A stretch of DNA of 64,000 nt from Solirubrobacterales bacterium. Lineage in GTDB: Bacteria; Actinomycetota; Thermoleophilia; Solirubrobacterales; 70-9. Position 1 is the first letter of the stretch. Every line of letters begins with the position of its first letter. The stretch lies in NCBI GenBank assembly GCA_021323175.1, contig JAJTCK010000002.1:467-64466 (forward strand), read 5' to 3'. The position numbers were made by a program, and so were the translations under genes. Positions 56,717 to 64,000 of the stretch are shown here, one piece after another. Under the pieces are notes generated by a model. That model was given only the letters and a program-made list of their open reading frames with translations, did no database searches and had not been told where the DNA came from.

Positions 56717-57777
56717 CCGACCCCGTGGGCGAGTCGGTCTGGAAGCGGATCGACGAGGCCGCGATCAAGGTCCTGCGGATCCCGACCCCGTTCCAGGTCG
56801 GCCGGGTCAACTGCTACCTGGTAGAGGACGATCCGCTGACGCTGATCGACGCAGGGCCCAACTCCGGCAAGGCGCTGGACGAGCTCGAGCACCAGCTACA
56901 GGCGCTGGGCCACTCGGTCGAGGAAATCCAGCTGGTGATCGTCACCCACCAGCACATCGACCACCTGGGCCTGGTGGACATCATCGCCAGGCGCTCGGGA
57001 GCCGAGGTCGCGGCGCTCGACCTGGCGGTCGACTTCCTGGCCAACTTCGGAGAGGACGCCGAGCGCGACGACCGCGAGGCCGCCGATCTGATGCGGCGCC
57101 ACGGCATCTCCGAAGATGTCGTCACCGCGCTGCAGCAGGTGACCGGCAGCTTCCGCGCGTGGGGCTCGAAGGTGACCGTCACACGGCCGGTGAGCGACGG
57201 TGAGCTCATGCAGCTGCGGGACCGGGCCCTCGCGGTCCAGTACCGCCCCGGCCACAGCCCCTCAGACACATGCTTCTGGGACGCGGACCGGCGGATCCTG
57301 ATCGCCGCCGACCATCTGATCGGGCACATCTCGTCCAATCCCCTGATCTCGCGGCCACTCGACGGCTCCGACCGGCGCCGGCAGGCCCTGGTCGAGTACA
57401 TCGGCTCCCTGCAGAAGACCAGGGAGCTGCCGGCCGAGGTCGTCCTCTCCGGGCACGGGGAGCCCATCACCGGCCACGCCGAGTTGATCACGCAGCGGTT
57501 CGCCCTGCACCAGAGGCGCGCGGCGAAGCTGTACGGGCTGATCTCCGAGCGCCCTCAGACCGGACACGAATTGGCACAGCGGCTCTGGGGAGACGTCGCG
57601 GTTACGCAGGCGTTCCTGACCCTGTCCGAGGTGATCGGCCACGTCGACCTGCTGATCAACGCCGGGCACGTCCGCGAGCTAGACGAGGACGGCGTGCTCC
57701 GCTTCGAGGCCATCTCCACGACGCCGGCCGACGAGCTCGGGGATCTGATTCCCGGCGGAAGCCAGGTCACTGGCTAG
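56713..57777 (+). CDS. MBL-fold metallo-hydrolase with C-terminal winged-helix-like domain
   Basis: ORF 56713..57777. VTHQHIDHLG motif. Start overlaps the manB stop by 4 nt. Confidence 0.8.
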   Translation: MTDPVGESVWKRIDEAAIKVLRIPTPFQVGRVNCYLVEDDPLTLIDAGPNSGKALDELEHQLQALGHSVEEIQLVIVTHQHIDHLGLVDIIARRSGAEVAALDLAVDFLANFGEDAERDDREAADLMRRHGISEDVVTALQQVTGSFRAWGSKVTVTRPVSDGELMQLRDRALAVQYRPGHSPSDTCFWDADRRILIAADHLIGHISSNPLISRPLDGSDRRRQALVEYIGSLQKTRELPAEVVLSGHGEPITGHAELITQRFALHQRRAAKLYGLISERPQTGHELAQRLWGDVAVTQAFLTLSEVIGHVDLLINAGHVRELDEDGVLRFEAISTTPADELGDLIPGGSQVTG

Positions 57778-57793
57778 GGTTAGACCCCTCCCC

Positions 57794-58810
57794 GTGTCTC
57801 CCACCCTTTCGCCCAGCGCGCCCGCCTCGTTTCCCACCCCGGCACAGCCGCTGACGCCGGACGCCGCCAAGAAGCGGATGCTGATCATCGTCAACCCGTA
57901 CGCGACGACGGTTTCTGACCGGCTGAAGAACCTGGTGGTCTATGCGCTCCAGTCGCGCTACGAGGTCCACGCCGTGGATACGGAGGCGTCGGAGCACGCG
58001 ATAGAGATCGGGCGGGACGCCAGCCACGGCGAGTACGACATCGTCGTCGCCTTCGGGGGCGACGGCACTCTGAACGAGGTCGCCAACGGACTGGCCGGCA
58101 CCGAGGTCCCGGTGTCGGTGTTGCCGGGGGGCTCCACCAACGTCGTCGCCCGGACGCTCGGTATCCCGAATGACGTCGTCGACGCGACCGAGCACCTGAT
58201 CGCGCTGGCCGACGACTTCCGCCCACGCAAGATCGATTTGGGCAGGATCAACGGCCGCCACTTCGTTTTCGCCTGCGGGATGGGCCTGGATGCCACGGTC
58301 GTCAGGCGCGTCGACGCCCATCCGAGGATGAAGGCGCGCGGCGGCCAGTGGTACTTCACCTGGGCGGCGATCTCGGGCTTCTACAGGCAGTACCTGCGCA
58401 ACTCGGTGCGCATGGCGACGGAGCTCGAGGGCACCCGCCTGGAGGGGATCACCACGATCCTGCAGAACTCAGACCCCTTCACCTACTTCGGCCGCCGCCC
58501 GGTCCGGGTCTGCGAGGGCGCGGCGTTCGACAACGGGACGCTGTCACTGGCCGTGCTGCGACGGGCGACTCAGCGGGACATGCCGACTGTGGCGGGAAGG
58601 GTGCTCGGGACCGGCGAGCGGACCCGGCCCGCCTCGCATCGCCAGATCGACCATGCCGAGGGGGTGACCGAGGCGCTGGTCCACTCGATCGACTTGGACG
58701 CGGACGGCGCCCCGCGCCGCTTCCCCGTCCAGGTCGACGGGGACTACATCGGGGACTTCGCCGAGCTGCGCGCGAGCATCGATCCACGCGCCCTGACCAT
58801 CGTCGCCTAG
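57794..58810 (+). CDS. Diacylglycerol/lipid kinase family protein (YegS/DagK-like)
   Basis: ORF 57794..58810. IIVNP.., AFGGDGTLNEV and LPGGSTN motifs. The true start could be the internal MLIIVNP. Confidence 0.82.
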   Translation: MSPTLSPSAPASFPTPAQPLTPDAAKKRMLIIVNPYATTVSDRLKNLVVYALQSRYEVHAVDTEASEHAIEIGRDASHGEYDIVVAFGGDGTLNEVANGLAGTEVPVSVLPGGSTNVVARTLGIPNDVVDATEHLIALADDFRPRKIDLGRINGRHFVFACGMGLDATVVRRVDAHPRMKARGGQWYFTWAAISGFYRQYLRNSVRMATELEGTRLEGITTILQNSDPFTYFGRRPVRVCEGAAFDNGTLSLAVLRRATQRDMPTVAGRVLGTGERTRPASHRQIDHAEGVTEALVHSIDLDADGAPRRFPVQVDGDYIGDFAELRASIDPRALTIVA

Positions 58811-58819
58811 CCCGCCGGC

Positions 58820-59251
58820 GTGGCGTCCGATCCCGACTGCAGCTTCTGCAGGATCGCCGCGGGCGAGGAGCCGGCCGAGATCGTGTTCGAGGACGACGCC
58901 TCGATCGCCTTCCTCGACGACCGCCCGCTCTTCCACGGGCACAGCCTGCTGATCCCCCGCGAGCATCACGTCACCCTGGCCGACCTGCCCGACGATCTGG
59001 TCGCGTCGCTGTTCGTCCGCGCCCGGCTCCTCTCGCGAGCGATTCCCGAGGCAATGGACAAGCCCGGGTCGTTCGTGGCGCTCAACAACGTCGTCAGCCA
59101 GAGCGTCCCTCACCTGCACGTCCATGTCGTGCCGCGCCGCAAGAAGGACGGGCTCCGCGGGTTTTTCTGGCCGCGCACCAAGTACGAGTCCGCCGCGGAG
59201 CTGAGGCGGGTCGGCAAGCGCGTTCGCGACGCGGTCGCGCGACTGGACTAG
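58820..59251 (+). CDS. HIT-family (Hint-like) nucleotide hydrolase/transferase
   Basis: ORF 58820..59251. CSFCRI.. and histidine triad HLHVHVVPR. Confidence 0.85.
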   Translation: MASDPDCSFCRIAAGEEPAEIVFEDDASIAFLDDRPLFHGHSLLIPREHHVTLADLPDDLVASLFVRARLLSRAIPEAMDKPGSFVALNNVVSQSVPHLHVHVVPRRKKDGLRGFFWPRTKYESAAELRRVGKRVRDAVARLD

Positions 59252-59255
59252 CCGG

Positions 59256-59945
59256 CTACTTCAGCGAGAGCTTGACGGTGTCGGGTGCACCGAACCGCAC
59301 CGACCCCGTGACCTTGATGCTCGCCTTCTTCTTCTTGGCGAGCTTGGCCTTGCCTGACTTGCTGAGCCTGATCGTGACCTTGCGGCTTTGTCCGGCCGCC
59401 AGGTCGAACACGGCGGTCCTGCCCAGCGTCGCCTTGCCGAGCTTGGCCACGAGCTTCACCCCGGCGCTCGCGGTGGCGGCGCTCACCGTCACGGTGACCT
59501 TGCCCTTCTTCGCGACCTTCTTCAGCTTGCCGCCCTTGCCGGCTACGTCGATGTCGGGACGGGCCACCGGGCTGCCGGCTCCAGATACGTTGAGTGTCGC
59601 CTGCATGCTCAGCGGGTGGATGCTGCACCAGAAGCTGTAGGTGCCGGTCGTCAGGTATTGAGTCCCGTCGACGGTGGTCGTGCCTCCATTGATCGTCGGA
59701 CTTGAGAACAGCTCGCGTCCATCGGGACCCTTGGTCCGGGCGGTGACGTTGTGGCTGTTGACCCCGTTGTTGAGCAGGGTCGGCCGCTCTCCCTGGTCCA
59801 TCGCATAGCTCGGCGCGTCGAAGACGTCGTCGGTCGCGACGATCTGGTCGGCTGCGAGGGCGCTTCCGGCCCCGAGGGCGAACAGGAGCGCGCCTGCAAC
59901 GACGGCGGCCGTAAAGACCCTGCGTGCTGTCCCTGGCTTCAGCAT
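59256..59945 (-). CDS. Secreted type-1 (blue) copper cupredoxin with Lys-rich C-terminal beta-rich domain
   Basis: ORF 59256..59945. Signal peptide ..ALGAGSALAAD. Copper ligands SHNV...FWCSIHPLSM (His..Cys-x2-His-x4-Met). Preferred over the overlapping ORF 59248..59976, which is Arg-rich junk. Confidence 0.8.
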   Translation of the reverse strand: MLKPGTARRVFTAAVVAGALLFALGAGSALAADQIVATDDVFDAPSYAMDQGERPTLLNNGVNSHNVTARTKGPDGRELFSSPTINGGTTTVDGTQYLTTGTYSFWCSIHPLSMQATLNVSGAGSPVARPDIDVAGKGGKLKKVAKKGKVTVTVSAATASAGVKLVAKLGKATLGRTAVFDLAAGQSRKVTIRLSKSGKAKLAKKKKASIKVTGSVRFGAPDTVKLSLK

Positions 59946-59954
59946 GCGCGCGCG

Positions 59955-59983
59955 ACGATAGCGGGACGTTGACCAACGGTCAA
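59955..59983 (-). promoter_or_regulatory. Candidate promoter giving a near-leaderless cupredoxin mRNA
   Basis: Minus strand: TTGACC (59983..59978), 17-nt spacer, TATCGT (59960..59955), with 9 nt to the ATG. The -35 hexamer is one arm of the palindrome TTGACC-n3-GGTCAA (59969..59983). Confidence 0.4.
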
Positions 59984-60015
59984 GGACGATCGCCGCTCCT
60001 GGGAAACCCTGAGGC

Positions 60016-62274
60016 TCAGGCGCCGGGGGTGACGCGGTACGCGTCGAAGACCGACTCGAGGTTGCGCAGGCGCGAGATGCACTGCTTCAGCTGGTCGGTG
60101 TCCCCGACCTCGACCACGAACCGGTTCTTAACCATCGGGTGCTTGGTCGTGCAGCGGGCCTCGAGGATGTTGACGCCGCCCTCGGCGAACGTGCGCGAGA
60201 GGTCCTCGAGCAGCCGCGTCCGGTCCCAGGCGTCCACCTGGAGCTCGACCCGATACCCGGTCTCGTTGTCGCCCTCCCAGCTCACCTCGGTGAAGCGCTC
60301 CGGTGCCTTCTTCAGGGCGGCGACGTTGCGGCAGTCGGCGCGGTGCACGGTGATCCCACGGCCAAGGGACACGTAGCCGACGACCTCGTCGCCGGGGACC
60401 GGGCGGCAGCACTTTGCCAGGCGGACGGCTACCGAGTCCACCCCCTTGACGCTGATCCCGAAGCTCGTCGCCTCCTTGACCCGCTTGCGGGACTCATCCC
60501 CGCCCTTGATCAGTCCCTCGGCCGGCTCCTCCTCGACGGCCTCGCCCCGCTTCAGCCGCTGGATCACCTTGTTGGCGACGACCTTCGTGGAGATCTTGGA
60601 CTGGCCGAGCGCGATGTAGAAGTCGTCGGCCTTGCGGAAGCCCATCTCGCGGATCACGTCCACCAGCAGAGGAGAGCCGGCGACCTTGGAGTGCGGAAGC
60701 CCACGTTTCTTCAGTGCCTCGGCCAGCGCCTCGCGGCCGTGGCGCTCGGCGTCCTCGCGACCCTCGCGCTGGAACCAGGCGCGGATCTTGTTGCGTGCTC
60801 GCGAGGTGCGGACGAGCTGCAGCCAGTCGCGTGAGGGCCCGCGGCCTTGCTTGGCGGTCATCACCTCGACGATGTCGCCGCTGCGAAGCGTGTAGTGGAG
60901 CGGCACGATCTTGCCGTTCACCTTGGCACCGACGCAGCGGTGCCCGACGTCGGTGTGGATGGAGTACGCGAAGTCGAGTGGCGTGGAGCCGGCAGACAGG
61001 TTCTTGACCTCGCCCTTGGGCGTGAAGACGAAGACCTCATCCTCGAACAGGTCGACCTTCAGCGCCTCCAGGAACTGCTTGGGGTCCGCCTCCTTCTCGT
61101 TCTCCAACAGCTGGCGCAGCCAGGTCATCTTCTCGCGGCCAGGCTCGCCGGCCGAGGAGCCCTCCTTGTAGATGACGTGAGCGGCGATCCCGTACTCGGC
61201 CAGGTCGTGCATCTCCTGGGTGCGGATCTGAATCTCGAGCGGGCGGCCCTCGGGTCCGATCACCGTCGTATGCAGCGCCTGGTACATGTTCGCCTTGGGC
61301 ATCGCGATGAAGTCCTTGAAGCGGCCAGGCAGCGGCTTCCAGAGCGAGTGGATGATCCCGATGGCGCCGTAGCAGTCCTTCACGGACCCGACCAGGACTC
61401 GCATCGCGGTCAGGTCGAAGATCTCGTTGAACTCCCGCCCCTTACGGGTCATCTTGGTGTAGATCGAGTAGAAGTGCTTGGCCCGGCCTGAGATCTCGGC
61501 CTCGATCCCGACCTGCTTAAGCTCCTGCTCCAGGAACGTGCCGGCGTCGGTCACGTAGCTCTCGCGCTCCGCGCGCTGCTGGGCGACGAGCTCCTTGATC
61601 TCGTCGTACTTGCGCGGGTGAAGAGTCGCGAAGGACAGGTCCTCGAGCTCCCACTTGATCGCGTGGATCCCGAGGCGATGGGCGAGCGGGGCGAATATCT
61701 CGATCGTCTCGCGCGCCTTCTCCTGCTGCTTCTGCTTGGGCAGCGCCCCGAGCGTCCGCATGTTGTGGAGGCGGTCGGCCAGCTTGATCAGGATGACCCT
61801 GACGTCGGTGGCCATCGCCACCATCATCTTCCGGTAGTTCTCGGCCTGGCGCTCGTCGCGGCTCTTGAACGTGATCTCGGTCAGCTTGGTGACGCCGTCC
61901 ACCAGCTGGGCGATCTCGTCGCCGAAACGCTCACGCACCTCTTCCAGGCTCGCGCTGGTGTCCTCGACGGTGTCGTGCAGGAGCGCCGCGCACAGCGTCG
62001 CAGTATCCAGCCGCAGCCCGGCGCAGATCCGCGCGACGCCGAGGGGGTGGGTGATGAAATCCTCGCCGGACTTGCGCTCCTGCCCGGCGTGGCTCTCGCA
62101 GGCGAAGGCGAAGGCGCGCTCGATCTCCGGGCGGTCGATCGCCTCTGCCAGCTCGGCCTTGTGCTCCTCGATCACCGCGAACAGGTCACCGAGGAGGGCC
62201 CGCTGCTCCTCGCTCAGCCCGCGCGTGATCGCGTCTGCGCGCGCGGCCTTGCTCCCACGCGGCGGCTCGCCCAC
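60016..62274 (-). CDS. rel: Bifunctional (p)ppGpp synthetase/hydrolase Rel (RSH)
   Basis: ORF 60016..62619. HD domain (HPLGVA..LHDTVEDT), synthetase, TGS and ACT-like C-terminus. Start set to GTG 62274 to avoid overlapping recJ; this start is uncertain. Confidence 0.93.
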   Translation of the reverse strand: MGEPPRGSKAARADAITRGLSEEQRALLGDLFAVIEEHKAELAEAIDRPEIERAFAFACESHAGQERKSGEDFITHPLGVARICAGLRLDTATLCAALLHDTVEDTSASLEEVRERFGDEIAQLVDGVTKLTEITFKSRDERQAENYRKMMVAMATDVRVILIKLADRLHNMRTLGALPKQKQQEKARETIEIFAPLAHRLGIHAIKWELEDLSFATLHPRKYDEIKELVAQQRAERESYVTDAGTFLEQELKQVGIEAEISGRAKHFYSIYTKMTRKGREFNEIFDLTAMRVLVGSVKDCYGAIGIIHSLWKPLPGRFKDFIAMPKANMYQALHTTVIGPEGRPLEIQIRTQEMHDLAEYGIAAHVIYKEGSSAGEPGREKMTWLRQLLENEKEADPKQFLEALKVDLFEDEVFVFTPKGEVKNLSAGSTPLDFAYSIHTDVGHRCVGAKVNGKIVPLHYTLRSGDIVEVMTAKQGRGPSRDWLQLVRTSRARNKIRAWFQREGREDAERHGREALAEALKKRGLPHSKVAGSPLLVDVIREMGFRKADDFYIALGQSKISTKVVANKVIQRLKRGEAVEEEPAEGLIKGGDESRKRVKEATSFGISVKGVDSVAVRLAKCCRPVPGDEVVGYVSLGRGITVHRADCRNVAALKKAPERFTEVSWEGDNETGYRVELQVDAWDRTRLLEDLSRTFAEGGVNILEARCTTKHPMVKNRFVVEVGDTDQLKQCISRLRNLESVFDAYRVTPGA

Positions 62275-62303
62275 CCGCAGGTGGCCGCGGCGGTCGCCGT
62301 CCT

Positions 62304-64000
62304 TCAGCTGCTGGATCTCTTGCTTTGCAGGTATCGCCTTGCCTCCTCGTGCCGGTCGGCGCACGCCACGTACAGGCGTGAACGCTCCAGCCGCGTGTGC
62401 TCCGAGGATACGACTCGCAGGGCTCGTGGACCGGAATCGGCGCTCCATTCGCACAACCCCAAATCCACGAGGACCGCCACGCACCGGGCGGCGATCTCGG
62501 GAGTGCGAGGATGGTCCCCTACGCCGGCGAGCAGGTGCATCAGCGGTTCGCCGCTCCCTTGCCCACCGGCCTTCGCCAGCAGCCGCCAGACCTGCTCGGC
62601 CGGTCCGCGCGGCTCCCACTCGAGCTCGAGGCAGCGCTCGGATAGCTCGGCTTCGGCCGGCCCCCAGGCCAGGTGCATGAAGCCGGCGACGGGGCCGGAA
62701 GCAATGGCCCCGCTGCGGCCGAGCCGGGCGAGCGCCTCGAGCTGGGCGAACGGAGGCGGGTCCACCAGTACGACGTGCTGGAAGCTCGCCGCGGCGCCCG
62801 GACGCCGGGCGAGTGCGCCCCAGTCGCTCAGCACCAGCCCCGGGCCGGGGCCCTCCGAAAGCTCCGCTTCGGCGTCCTCGCCGCCCGTGCCCGGCTTGCC
62901 GAGCGCGGCGTCAAGAGCCTCCTCCCCGCAGCGGCAGCATGCGACCTTCGGGGAGCCGGCGCCGAACCGGCGGGGGTCGGCGGCCGACCCCGCCAGGGCA
63001 CGGCGCCGGGATGCGTCGATGCACAAGGCCAGCACTGACTCGCCGCTGGAAACCAGCTCGGCCAGGGCCGCCACCGCGGCCCCGCCGCGCCGGTCCACCT
63101 GCTCGCGCCTGGGACCTTCGGGGCCGCGCCGGCCGAGCGCCGCGGGAAAGCCCTCCTCCGCCCTGGCAGTCTCGGCGTCGAAGCGCCTCCACCACTCCTC
63201 CTCGGCCGGGGGGCAGCCGCCGTCGGCGCAGCCGGGGGCCTCCTCCGCCTCGCCCCCCGCGAAGGGGTAGAGCTCGCGCAACACGACCCGGGGCTGAACC
63301 GCGCCATTCCAGCGGTCCACCTCGAGGCTCACCGACAGGTCCAGGGGCTGATCCTCGCAGCCGGCGAGGCCGCCGTTGACGCCGAACGCGACCCCGATCG
63401 CGCGCCCTGCTCCGCTCTCCAGGTCGAAGCGTGAGTGCTTGCCCCCCTCGCCCAGGGGGCGCACGCTGCGGAGCTTCGCCGAGGGGACGACCAGCCTGGG
63501 CCCCGGATTGCCCTGGCCGAACGGTGCGAGGCGCTCGAGCTGCTCGGCCAGGTCCATGCCGATTCCCTCCCGGCCGACGCCGACCAGGGCGTCCACGCGC
63601 TCGGTGCGGACGAGATCGGCGGGATCCAGCGACTCGGCGGCGTGGGCAATGAACGCGTCGCGGAATGAGTCGATCCTGTCCGCGCGGAGCTCGAGCCCAG
63701 CGGCCGCCCGGTGCCCTCCGTAGCGCACGAGGTGATCCGCGCAGGCGTCCAGCCCGCCGATCAGGTCGAACCCCGGAACGCTGCGGGCCGACCCCCGCGC
63801 GGTCTCGCCATCCACGGCCAGCAGCACAACGGGGCGCCAGTGCGAGTCGGCCAGGCGGGAGGCGGCGATGCCGACCACACCCGGATGCCATCCCTCGCCC
63901 GCCAGCACCAGCGCCGGCGCCTCCGCCTGCTCGGGCGGCAGCGCGGCCCGAGCGGCCTCGGCGCCGGCGGCGACCGCGCGCTCGGTCGAGCGGCGCTCGG
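62304..64000 (-). CDS. recJ: Single-stranded-DNA-specific exonuclease RecJ (5' end beyond window), with long C-terminal extension
   Basis: ORF 62304..63908, with the frame staying open to 64000. DHHA1 motif GGHRAAAG, GQGNP, and an OB-like segment, followed by about 320 further residues. Confidence 0.85.
   Translation of the reverse strand, partial: ERRSTERAVAAGAEAARAALPPEQAEAPALVLAGEGWHPGVVGIAASRLADSHWRPVVLLAVDGETARGSARSVPGFDLIGGLDACADHLVRYGGHRAAAGLELRADRIDSFRDAFIAHAAESLDPADLVRTERVDALVGVGREGIGMDLAEQLERLAPFGQGNPGPRLVVPSAKLRSVRPLGEGGKHSRFDLESGAGRAIGVAFGVNGGLAGCEDQPLDLSVSLEVDRWNGAVQPRVVLRELYPFAGGEAEEAPGCADGGCPPAEEEWWRRFDAETARAEEGFPAALGRRGPEGPRREQVDRRGGAAVAALAELVSSGESVLALCIDASRRRALAGSAADPRRFGAGSPKVACCRCGEEALDAALGKPGTGGEDAEAELSEGPGPGLVLSDWGALARRPGAAASFQHVVLVDPPPFAQLEALARLGRSGAIASGPVAGFMHLAWGPAEAELSERCLELEWEPRGPAEQVWRLLAKAGGQGSGEPLMHLLAGVGDHPRTPEIAARCVAVLVDLGLCEWSADSGPRALRVVSSEHTRLERSRLYVACADRHEEARRYLQSKRSSS

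Noticed and set aside
1-64000. CRISPR arrays, rRNA genes, insertion sequences, toxin-antitoxin or defence systems
   Set aside because: I saw no regularly spaced repeats, no rRNA-like low-GC3 structured stretches, and no transposase, integrase or nuclease-defence signatures in any frame. The window is dominated by conserved housekeeping operons.

Overview
Very GC-rich, actinobacterial-type chromosomal core (third codon positions are almost all G/C, which produces many long spurious antisense ORFs in the track). I call about 58 genes, mostly on the minus strand, and gene order resembles the conserved actinobacterial backbone. Minus strand, in transcription order from the high-coordinate end: recJ (partial), rel, cupredoxin, a SAM-I riboswitch driving a ThrC-like/MoaD-like pair, rfbF/rfbG-like sugar genes, a flavin reductase, an Amt-like transporter, rnz, the pyrimidine operon (pyrR-pyrB-pyrC-isochorismatase-like-carA-microORF-carB-pyrK-pyrD), mihF-gmk-rpoZ-coaBC, dtd, rimP-nusA-infB-DUF503-rbfA-nrnA-truB-ribF, rpsO, three thiol-redox genes, pnp-M16 peptidase, dapB-amidase-dapA-rnj, ftsK, cinA, and a partial epoxide hydrolase. 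Plus strand: an OmpR/HK two-component pair, a polytopic membrane protein, an ACAD-fold gene plus a DUF1989-GcvT fusion, tRNA-Arg(CCG), and a corA-GNAT-HIT-manB-MBL-DAGK-HIT array. No CRISPR array, transposase or integrase is visible. The best candidate for something undescribed is the accessory-looking module at 43.2-49.4 kb. It combines an Amt-fold transporter that has lost both pore histidines, an ACAD-fold flavoenzyme lacking the MCAD-type catalytic Glu, a fusion with TMAO-demethylase (Tdm) architecture, and an HpaC-like flavin reductase. Other notable items: a 42-codon, strongly coding-like micro-ORF coupled at both ends between carA and carB; a textbook SAM-I riboswitch in front of a threonine-synthase homologue plus sulfur-carrier protein; a promoter-proximal terminator in the rimP-nusA-infB leader; and a 36-bp in-frame tandem duplication in ribF. 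All calls come from reading the sequence and translations by eye. No similarity search was run, and start codons are the least certain part.
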